Assembly: GCA_029551395.1 (NCBI GenBank)
Contig: JAKPFN010000014.1
Span: 319 to 64,318 of the forward strand
Direction: 5' to 3'
Origin: Armatimonadota bacterium
Lineage (GTDB): Bacteria > Armatimonadota > UBA5829 > DTLH01
Length of the DNA: 64,000 nt
Shown here: positions 1 to 7,176 of the stretch, in pieces
Position numbering within the stretch: the stretch's first letter is position 1
Layout of the letters: every line of letters begins with the position of its first letter
Translations under genes and position numbers: made by a program
Notes under the pieces: generated by a model
Seen by the model: the letters and a program-made list of their open reading frames with translations, nothing else
Databases searched by the model: none
Told to the model about the DNA's origin: nothing

Positions 1-657
1 CTTTACTGTTCTTTCGACCCCAGCATCTATTATCCTGAGGTGCAAGAGCCAATCTGGGACCTTGGCTACCTTGGAACCTATAGTGATGACCGCCAACCAA
101 TGCTCGATGCATTGATGCTCGAATCTGCCCGCAATTGGGCAGATGGCAAGTTCATCGTAGCTGGCCCTCAGTATCCTCAGACAATCCAGTGGCCTTCAAA
201 CGTTCAGAGAGTAGACCATCTTCCACCTTCGGAACACCGCACCTTTTACAACGCCCAAAAGTTTACTCTTAACATCACCAGAGCAGATATGATTCGGGCT
301 GGATATTCTCCCAGTGTGCGGTTGTTTGAGGCTGCCGCATGTGCCACTCCAATCATCAGTGACTGGTGGGAAGGACTGGACACAATCTTCGAACCGGATG
401 TTGAGATTCTGATAAGCAAATCAGCGGAAGATACCATTCATTACCTCTGCGACATACCGGACCAGGAACGGCGCAAATTAAGAGAAAACGCGCGCAAGCG
501 GGTGATGACCTGCCACAGTGCCGCACACAGGGCTGTAGAGTTGGAAAATTACATTCTGGAACTTGTCAGAGGAGGTTCATCCAATAAAGCTGGGAACTGT
601 TTGAAAAAACATCGCATTGCACTTCAGAATACTGCACATGACGTGTTATCTGAATAA
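1..657 (+). CDS. CgeB-like glycosyltransferase (GT1_2 family), 5'-truncated by the window edge
   Basis: The frame is open from base 1 (LYCSFDPSIYYPEV...). The motifs DLGYLGTYSDDRQP, TLNITRADM..GYSPSVRLFEAAAC..PIISDWWEGL are typical of CgeB-type glycosyltransferases. Confidence 0.75.
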   Translation, partial: LYCSFDPSIYYPEVQEPIWDLGYLGTYSDDRQPMLDALMLESARNWADGKFIVAGPQYPQTIQWPSNVQRVDHLPPSEHRTFYNAQKFTLNITRADMIRAGYSPSVRLFEAAACATPIISDWWEGLDTIFEPDVEILISKSAEDTIHYLCDIPDQERRKLRENARKRVMTCHSAAHRAVELENYILELVRGGSSNKAGNCLKKHRIALQNTAHDVLSE

Positions 658-1320
658 TTAGTCCAGCCTCATCCGTTCCCTGCCGTACGGGCAAAGTTCC
701 AACACCGGGCAGCGTTCGCACAACGGAGTCGGTGCTTTACAAATCGCTCGCCCATGCGCTACCAACAGATGGTTCAACTCTATCCAATTGCTCTCTGGAA
801 TAACTTCCATCAGGTCAAACTCGATTTTCGTCGGGTCTTTGTGCTTAGTAAAGCCAAGCCGGGCAGATACCCGCTTTACATGGGTATCCACGACTATCGC
901 AGGCTTCTTATACACTATGCCAAGAATCAAGTTTGCCGTCTTGCGTCCGACACCTCTAAGCTGCGTTAGTTCTTCCAACGTATCAGGTACATTTCCGCCA
1001 TACTTAGCAACAATTTCCCTGGCTATCTCCATTATGGCTTTTGTTTTCTGATTAAAGAACCCCGTTGGACGGATAATCTCCCGAAGCTCAGACTCATCAG
1101 CTCCAGCAACTGCCTCAGGTGTTGGATAACGACGGAACAACTCCGGTGTTACCTGGTTTACCCTTTCATCAGTACACTGAGCGGCAAGGATAGTGGCAAC
1201 AAGAAGCTGAAAAGGTGTTTTATAATCGAGTGTAACCATAGCCTGTGGATAGGTTTTCCGCAGGATTTCTATCACCTTCAGAGCACGATTCTTCTTTTGT
1301 TCCAGTGTTTCTTCGCTCAT
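658..1320 (-). CDS. nth: Endonuclease III (HhH-GPD DNA glycosylase/AP lyase)
   Basis: LVATILAAQCTDERVN, HhH motif LRGVGRKTAN, VDTHV, and C-terminal 4Fe-4S motif C-x6-C-x2-C-x5-C. Confidence 0.96.
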   Translation of the reverse strand: MSEETLEQKKNRALKVIEILRKTYPQAMVTLDYKTPFQLLVATILAAQCTDERVNQVTPELFRRYPTPEAVAGADESELREIIRPTGFFNQKTKAIMEIAREIVAKYGGNVPDTLEELTQLRGVGRKTANLILGIVYKKPAIVVDTHVKRVSARLGFTKHKDPTKIEFDLMEVIPESNWIELNHLLVAHGRAICKAPTPLCERCPVLELCPYGRERMRLD

Positions 1321-1514
1321 TTACTTCTGCACGCAATAAACCTGGCAAATGACCGATCGTATGTACGCTCTACATCATCGGGAAAAGCACACGCCGGCAG
1401 TTGATTGTGGCTCAGATGATAACTCAGGCACTCGCAGCATTTGCCTTTTCTCGGACATCCCGGATAACTGCAGTTGCACATATCCATATTCTGTTTCAGA
1501 TTATCACAAGCCAT
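1317..1514 (-). CDS. Small cysteine-rich protein (DUF6485-like)
   Basis: 65 aa with CNCSYPGCPRKGKCCECLSYH..LPAC.F...ERTYDRSF. GAGGT SD upstream. ATGA stop/start overlap with nth. Confidence 0.75.
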   Translation of the reverse strand: MACDNLKQNMDMCNCSYPGCPRKGKCCECLSYHLSHNQLPACAFPDDVERTYDRSFARFIACRSK

Positions 1515-1535
1515 GATTTTACCTCGATATAGAAA

Positions 1536-2030
1536 TTATAACCTTGCTTCTGCCATCTTGATTTTTCGCCGAACTTCCATCCAGCGCAGAAACCAGAAGA
1601 TAATCAGTGTAAGCAGGCTGTTATACAGAGATTTTATGAGCAGTACGTTCAGCGACGACCCTAAATCAGCAACAGGGTTAGCCAAAAGAAAAAGTGCTTC
1701 TCCAGAAAATGTCAGTACGCCTGCAGCCAATACAGGCACAACTGGATTATCAGAGAAGAACCGAATCGTTACCGACCCAGCTACAAACCCGATGATTGTC
1801 CGGCTTACGATAAAGCTTCCGACACCTTCTCCTACAATAGACCCATGAATAATGCCGCCAAGAAACCCTAATATTCCACCGGATAGAGGGTCAAGCGTCA
1901 GTGAGGTTGCAATCACTACAACCATCAAAAAATCCGGCCTTGCTCCTCTGATGACCATCCACGAAGGCAGATAGCCTTGCAAAGCTCCAGCCAGAATCAG
2001 CATTATTAACGGGAGAGCATACCGACGCAC
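1536..2030 (-). CDS. mreD: Rod shape-determining protein MreD
   Basis: Hydrophobic 164-aa protein with RPDF motif, directly after mreC. Confidence 0.9.
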   Translation of the reverse strand: MRRYALPLIMLILAGALQGYLPSWMVIRGARPDFLMVVVIATSLTLDPLSGGILGFLGGIIHGSIVGEGVGSFIVSRTIIGFVAGSVTIRFFSDNPVVPVLAAGVLTFSGEALFLLANPVADLGSSLNVLLIKSLYNSLLTLIIFWFLRWMEVRRKIKMAEARL

Positions 2031-2876
2031 TTACTCCACCTTCCGCAGAACAACAAATGCTTCTTCAACGCTCTCGAACCTGACGCTGGGCTTTACTTTT
2101 GCGCTTTTCATAAACCCACCGCTTTCCACCTGGACTTTTACCACACGTCCAAGCGGCAGGCCCTTTGGAGCTATTCCTCCCTGCCCGGATGTCACCACTA
2201 TATCGCCAGGCTTGACATCTGCATCTTTTGCTAAATACGTCAGATGCAGCAAGCCGGACTCTCCACCCATGCCCTGACACATTCCCATAGCTCTGGAGCG
2301 CTGTACCATTGCGCCTACACCGCTGTGGTTGTCATTGATTCCTCGTATCAGCGCGCTGGTAGGAGATACTTCGAACACCTGCCCGAGCATACCTCTATGA
2401 GTTATAACTGGCTGTCCAGGTTGAATGCCGCTTTTGCTGCCTCTGTCTATTGTAGCTGTTACAAACCATTCACTGGGGTTTCTGGATATGATTCGCACTG
2501 CCAGCAGTTTGTCAGGGGATTGCTGCTTGAGGGCTAATGCTGATCGGAGCCGCTTTGCCTCGGCTGCATCCTCTCTTAGCTGTGCAACTTCCATGTTGAG
2601 CCGCTTTACTTCTTCACGAAGCTGCCGGTTTTCCTTTTGAAGTAACTTGCGAGACCTTAGAGATTTGCTGATGCCATCAAATACCCCGCTCACACAGCTC
2701 AGCGTATTCTGAAAAGGCTTCATGACCACTCGCACGCAGTCTTCCGGGATGAACGGCTTTACTGAAAATACCTTGTCTTCATCCAGGGTGCTGTTGTGTG
2801 CTACACCTGTCAGCGTGCCAAACGCAATCAACGCAATCAGCACGGCTATCTTCCCATTCCGCAGCATGTGGAGCAT
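2031..2876 (-). CDS. mreC: Rod shape-determining protein MreC
   Basis: N-terminal TM, coiled coil, IDRGSKSGI, GDIVVTSGQGG..PKGLPLGRV. Confidence 0.93.
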   Translation of the reverse strand: MLHMLRNGKIAVLIALIAFGTLTGVAHNSTLDEDKVFSVKPFIPEDCVRVVMKPFQNTLSCVSGVFDGISKSLRSRKLLQKENRQLREEVKRLNMEVAQLREDAAEAKRLRSALALKQQSPDKLLAVRIISRNPSEWFVTATIDRGSKSGIQPGQPVITHRGMLGQVFEVSPTSALIRGINDNHSGVGAMVQRSRAMGMCQGMGGESGLLHLTYLAKDADVKPGDIVVTSGQGGIAPKGLPLGRVVKVQVESGGFMKSAKVKPSVRFESVEEAFVVLRKVE

Positions 2877-2906
2877 TTATGAATCAGCCTCCTCTGGTCA
2901 AGACAA

Positions 2907-3959
2907 CTACCGCATCCGAGTAGAGCTGATGAGTACCTTCTTCAAGGCCGGATTTGTTTCCGATTCCTCAAGCGCTTTCCCGGTGCCTATAACAACCGCG
3001 CTTAAGGGGTCAGGAGCAATATGTACCGGCATCTGTGTCTCAGCAGACAGCAGCCTATCCAATCCTCTCAACAATGCGCCGCCGCCTGCCAGCACTATAC
3101 CTCGGTCCATGATATCTGCAGAAAGCTCAGGAGGAGTTGCCTCCAGCGTCAGTTTGATACTTTCGATGATTGCATAGACCGGATCATTGATTGCCTCGCG
3201 AATTTCCGTAGAGGTAACAGTGGCGCTTCTTGGAAGTCCGGTTACCAGGTCACGTCCTCTCACCTGCATCTCCATCTCTTCTTCGAGCGGATAAGCCGAA
3301 CCTATCTGGATTTTGACTTCCTCTGATGTTCTGTCACCTATGAGCAGGTTATATACCTTGCGAATGTAAGCGATTATTGCCTCATCTATCTCATCACCAG
3401 CAATCCTTACGGACTTTGCAGTAACTATTCCGCCGAGGGATATGACGGCAACTTCCGTAGTTCCACCACCGATATCAACGATCATAGAGCCTGTCGGCTC
3501 GCTCACAGGCAGACCAGACCCTATTGCTGCAGCCATTGGCTCTTCAATAAGGTATGCATCCTGCGCTCCAGCCTTCTTAGCAGCATCTATAACAGCCCGG
3601 CGCTCAACTTCGGTAACTCCTGAAGGTATACCAACTACCACTTCAGGATGTATAAAGGTGTTACGGCGATGGACCTTGCGGATAAAACCGCGAAGCATTT
3701 GTTCAGTGTGGTCGAAATCTGCAATTACTCCATCTTTTAAGGGCCGTATTGCCACTACATTGCCCGGAGTCCTTCCTAACATACGCTTTGCTTCTTCACC
3801 CACAGCAAGCGGTTTGCGAGTTTCCGTCTCTATTGCAATAACTGACGGTTCGCGCAGCAATATGCCTCGTCCGCGCACATGAACCAATGTATTGGCTGTG
3901 CCCAAATCTATTCCTATCGCACGAGAAAACCTGGTGAATACTTTCGAGAAAATGCCCAT
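2907..3959 (-). CDS. mreB: Actin-like rod shape protein MreB
   Basis: [51 protein letters not shown]. Confidence 0.98.
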   Translation of the reverse strand: MGIFSKVFTRFSRAIGIDLGTANTLVHVRGRGILLREPSVIAIETETRKPLAVGEEAKRMLGRTPGNVVAIRPLKDGVIADFDHTEQMLRGFIRKVHRRNTFIHPEVVVGIPSGVTEVERRAVIDAAKKAGAQDAYLIEEPMAAAIGSGLPVSEPTGSMIVDIGGGTTEVAVISLGGIVTAKSVRIAGDEIDEAIIAYIRKVYNLLIGDRTSEEVKIQIGSAYPLEEEMEMQVRGRDLVTGLPRSATVTSTEIREAINDPVYAIIESIKLTLEATPPELSADIMDRGIVLAGGGALLRGLDRLLSAETQMPVHIAPDPLSAVVIGTGKALEESETNPALKKVLISSTRMR

Positions 3960-4223
3960 TTGTTACGGTTTGTCCCCCAGCCACTTCGGATTTACTTTTT
4001 TCTGCGGGGCTAAAAACTTCCCCACCTCAGCGGCTCAACGATGATAATTATACCAGAGTCGATTAAGTGAGTCGAGTTTAGATGATATTTCCTGTGAGAT
4101 TACGATTATACTTATCGTATTGGTGCCTGTAAGAAATGTAAGTTACAATAAAGCCGGTTGTAGTTTTAGCTTTTTTGATGACTAAGTTGAGGTGATACAC
4201 TTTTGATAGTACATACACATAGA

Positions 4224-4249
4224 GTTTTGCACCGAAAACGCACGGGTAT
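4224..4249 (+). promoter_or_regulatory. Candidate SigB-type promoter GTTTTG-N14-GGGTAT
   Basis: Matches the Bacillus SigB consensus GTTTAA-N12-14-GGGTAT and lies 38 nt upstream of the likely ATG at 4287. Confidence 0.5.
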
Positions 4250-4286
4250 AGGATTTATGAAGATAGTTGATTGCTGGTGTAAATTT

Positions 4287-5000
4287 ATGCGAGCTTTCGT
4301 TTTGGTGCTGCTTGCGATTCTAGTTTTATTATGTACAGGCTGTGCCGGACGAATAGTCACCGGCAGTGTTGAAAACAGAATAGAGGACCGACTTCCCAGC
4401 CTGATTGGTCCGGCTGAATCTTACGACGTTGAGGTCAAAGGTTCAACAAAACGGATGCTGAGAGGGCAGATTGATAGTGTAGTTATCTTTGGGCGAGAAG
4501 TATGGGTTCTACCCGGACTCCGCCTTGATAGTCTTAATATCAGGATGACGGATGTTGCTGCTAATCCTGATAACGGTACGCTGAAATCTGTAGGCAGTAC
4601 GGAATTCGATGCTGATATCTCTGAGCAATCGCTCAATGAGTATCTGGCCGAGATAAGGATGGACGATCCAAAAGTGGAACTCCTTGATGGAGAACTGATC
4701 GTCCGAACTACTCGAAAGGTGTTAGGGCTGTCTACGAATGTAGTGATGACTGGGACTTTGGTGCCGGAAGGTAAGAAGTTGAACTTCAAACTAAAACGTC
4801 TCAAGGTAGCGGGACTTGGAACCCCTTCCATTGCAACCAAAGTCGTGGAAGATTGGATCAATCCGGTGCTCGACTTGGAATCTACTGACTTTTCACCGGA
4901 GTTGGAGTCGGTGGTCATTTCACCGGGTTCAATACGAGTCACAGGAGAGGCTCATCTGGGTGATGGTGGATCGCCCCGGCGGGCCGATCAGGCAAACTGA
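4287..5000 (+). CDS. DUF2993/LmeA-like phospholipid-binding protein, probable lipoprotein
   Basis: Start reassigned to ATG 4287, which gives the signal peptide and lipobox MRAFVLVLLAILVLLCTGC. MLRGQIDSVVI and ISEQSLNEYL patterns resemble DUF2993. Confidence 0.6.
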   Translation: MRAFVLVLLAILVLLCTGCAGRIVTGSVENRIEDRLPSLIGPAESYDVEVKGSTKRMLRGQIDSVVIFGREVWVLPGLRLDSLNIRMTDVAANPDNGTLKSVGSTEFDADISEQSLNEYLAEIRMDDPKVELLDGELIVRTTRKVLGLSTNVVMTGTLVPEGKKLNFKLKRLKVAGLGTPSIATKVVEDWINPVLDLESTDFSPELESVVISPGSIRVTGEAHLGDGGSPRRADQAN

Positions 5001-5040
5001 AAATGACATTGCGGTAATACCGCTGGATAGGAGTTGAAAA

Positions 5041-5196
5041 ATGTCTACAGTGCTATGGGTAATTATTATAGCCCTGTTCGTGCTGTGGTTGATCGGCCTC
5101 GGTGTGAATTGGGGCAACTGGTTGTGGATTTTGTTTGTTGTTGCAGTTGTCTTGCTGCTTTACAACCTATTCACAGGTAGACGTGTCACAGCTTGA
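5041..5196 (+). CDS. Small membrane protein, lmo0937/DUF5670-like (not in the ORF track)
   Basis: MSTVLWVIIIALFVLWLIGLGVNWGNWLWILFVVAVVLLLYNLFTGRRVTA (51 aa), with AGGAG SD and a hairpin immediately downstream. Confidence 0.75.
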   Translation: MSTVLWVIIIALFVLWLIGLGVNWGNWLWILFVVAVVLLLYNLFTGRRVTA

Positions 5197-5212
5197 CGTG
5201 ACTACTAAAATC

Positions 5213-5244
5213 GACAGGCGGGACCGCTTATGGTCCCGCCTGTC
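5213..5244 (+). terminator. 13-bp GC-rich stem-loop, probable terminator
   Basis: GACAGGCGGGACC-gcttat-GGTCCCGCCTGTC is a perfect inverted repeat just after the stop. The U-tract is weak. Confidence 0.55.
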
Positions 5245-5288
5245 AACATCTATAACATCTACACTTGATTCAGAATAAAATACAGCCT

Positions 5289-5382
5289 ACCCTTGGGCTA
5301 AATTTGCAACACCCTCGGGCTAAATTTGCAACACACTCGGGTGCTACACCCATACTCGGGCTAAATTTGCAATTTAGCCCGG
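5289..5382 (+). repeat. Tandem copies of the left arm of the palindromic element (22-nt period)
   Basis: ACCCTTGGGCTAAATTTGCAAC (5289-5310), ACCCTCGGGCTAAATTTGCAAC (5311-5332), a degenerate ACACTCGGG..., then the full hairpin at 5357-5381. Confidence 0.85.
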
Positions 5383-5493
5383 AGAAGACAGCCAAGGGAT
5401 TTGCAATCCCGTTTATTGATATTTAAGACAATCATTCAGAATCACAGATTCTTCAGCAATATGTTCGGGAGAGATTGCAAATCCCTCCCGAGA
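5355..5493 (+). mobile_element. Non-autonomous REP/REPIN- or MITE-like palindromic element, copy A
   Basis: Hairpins CGGGCTAAATT-TGC-AATTTAGCCCG, GGGATT-TGC-AATCCC, GAATC-ACA-GATTC and TCGGGAGAGATT-GCA-AATCCCTCCCGA. It is the reverse-complement homologue of 13599-13734. Confidence 0.7.
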
Positions 5494-5610
5494 CAGGTTT
5501 CTCCCGAGAGATTAATCCCTTCCGAGATAGCTCCCTTCGCTTAACATCTTCCAGCCTGTAATGGTTTGACCGAGAGACGATAGAATGAGATAATTGCCCT
5601 GGAGGATAAT

Positions 5611-6357
5611 GTGAGCTTCTATGCAATAATCCTTGCTGCCGGCAAGGGCAAAAGAATGAGAGATGAGAACACCCCGGCTGAGTTTCCAAAAGTCCTCAAG
5701 CAGGTAAATGGCCGTCCACTCGTTTCTTACGTAATCGACACCCTAAAGGCATCAGGAATCGACGATATAACTATCATAGTAGGCTTCGGGGCTGATTATG
5801 TTAAGAATGCTCTTGGCAGTGGATTCAGATTTGTTACTCAAAAAGAACAGCTAGGCTCCGGCCATGCCGTCGCCATTGCCAAAGATGCCTTGGCAGACTA
5901 TACCGGACATGTGATTATCATGTGCGGAGATAGCCCACTCTTTAGAAAAGAAACGATATCTGCCCTTAAAAATCAGCATCTAGAATCCGGGGCTGTGATA
6001 ACGCTTGTTTCCGCTGAATTAGCAGACCCCACAGGCTACGGCAGGATAAAACGCCTTCCTTCTGGTGAAATCGCGGGAGTCGTCGAAGAAAAATGCGCGT
6101 CACCTGAAGAAAAGACCATCAAGGAAATCAATGGAGGGGCTTACGCTTTTAATTCTGCATGGCTTTGGTCCAACATTGATAAAATAGAGCGCAATGAAGC
6201 TAACGAGTTTAACCTGACATACCTTGTGAGTGTTGCAGTTTCCCAGGGGCAAAAGGTAGAAGCTGTCCAGGCCGCACCAGAAGAGGTCATGGGTGTCAAC
6301 ACGACGGAAGACCTGCAAAGAGTCGAGGGAATTCTTCTAAAAAGGTCCGGCAGATGA
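5611..6357 (+). CDS. Sugar-phosphate nucleotidyltransferase, GlmU N-terminal domain only
   Basis: ILAAGKGKRM, PKVL, QKEQLGSGHAV, GDSPL, DPTGYGRI, VEEK, EINGGAY, GVNT. Ends without the LbH acetyltransferase domain. GGAGG SD before the GTG. Confidence 0.85.
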   Translation: MSFYAIILAAGKGKRMRDENTPAEFPKVLKQVNGRPLVSYVIDTLKASGIDDITIIVGFGADYVKNALGSGFRFVTQKEQLGSGHAVAIAKDALADYTGHVIIMCGDSPLFRKETISALKNQHLESGAVITLVSAELADPTGYGRIKRLPSGEIAGVVEEKCASPEEKTIKEINGGAYAFNSAWLWSNIDKIERNEANEFNLTYLVSVAVSQGQKVEAVQAAPEEVMGVNTTEDLQRVEGILLKRSGR

Positions 6358-6367
6358 TGGAAATTGC

Positions 6368-7162
6368 TCAAACCTCCAGGTCCTGGTAGTCATCCCGCAG
6401 CCACTTGAGCATTCGCACAAACCCGCCATTTCCGCTCAAGCGGAACTCTACCTCGTCCATCATCGCATGCATCAAACGCAGGCCTAATCCGGCTTCGTTT
6501 AGCAAACTTCCGGAATCATCCGGTGTTGGCTGGCTTATCCCTGGCCCTTCATCCATGACTTCAATGACAAATGCTTTCGGACAGCTCAAGCATCTGAGTA
6601 TAATCTTACTCTTTCCCGGCTCAGGTGAACCATGTTGAAGCGCATTGGCAAGAGCTTCTGTAAGTGCAACCCGGATTTCTGCAATGGACTGATCATCTAT
6701 CTCTGATTCCAATGCAGCATACAGGCCAAGGTCGCGAAGCGAACCAATTACTTCAGCGTCAGCGAGAATAACGGATTCAGTAATCCGCCATTCCTGCCTG
6801 CGAAGATCAGGTTTGTCAGCCTCAGGCTCATCAGACTTCAATGTGAGTACAGACAGCCCCAGCATTGTTGCCAGCCCGCTTACCTGGAGGACTCGCAATA
6901 TTCCCTCATTAGCCCCGGTAACAGCAAACCTTACTCCCAATGCTTGTGCGCGTTTACAAGCAGATGACAGAGTATGCACGGCGCTGGAATCCAGCGATTC
7001 TGCCCTGGAAAGGTCGATGGTAACTTTTGATCCTTTGTCCACAGCACGGGCAAGTACTGACCTGAACTCGCCATTGCAAATAAAATCAATACTGCCCAGC
7101 ACTCGTACAACCTGTTCTTCACCAAGTTCAAGACTGACTATCGGTTTTGGTGCGACTCCCAT
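6368..7162 (-). CDS. Fused STAS (anti-anti-sigma) and RsbW-type HATPase (anti-sigma kinase)
   Basis: N-terminal half GSIDF..IDLSRAESLDSSA..ILRVLQVSGL (STAS). C-terminal half EALANALQHG, DEGPG, GLGLRLMHAMMDEV (HATPase_c_2). Confidence 0.85.
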   Translation of the reverse strand: MGVAPKPIVSLELGEEQVVRVLGSIDFICNGEFRSVLARAVDKGSKVTIDLSRAESLDSSAVHTLSSACKRAQALGVRFAVTGANEGILRVLQVSGLATMLGLSVLTLKSDEPEADKPDLRRQEWRITESVILADAEVIGSLRDLGLYAALESEIDDQSIAEIRVALTEALANALQHGSPEPGKSKIILRCLSCPKAFVIEVMDEGPGISQPTPDDSGSLLNEAGLGLRLMHAMMDEVEFRLSGNGGFVRMLKWLRDDYQDLEV

Positions 7163-7176
7163 CTCCTACCACCTCG

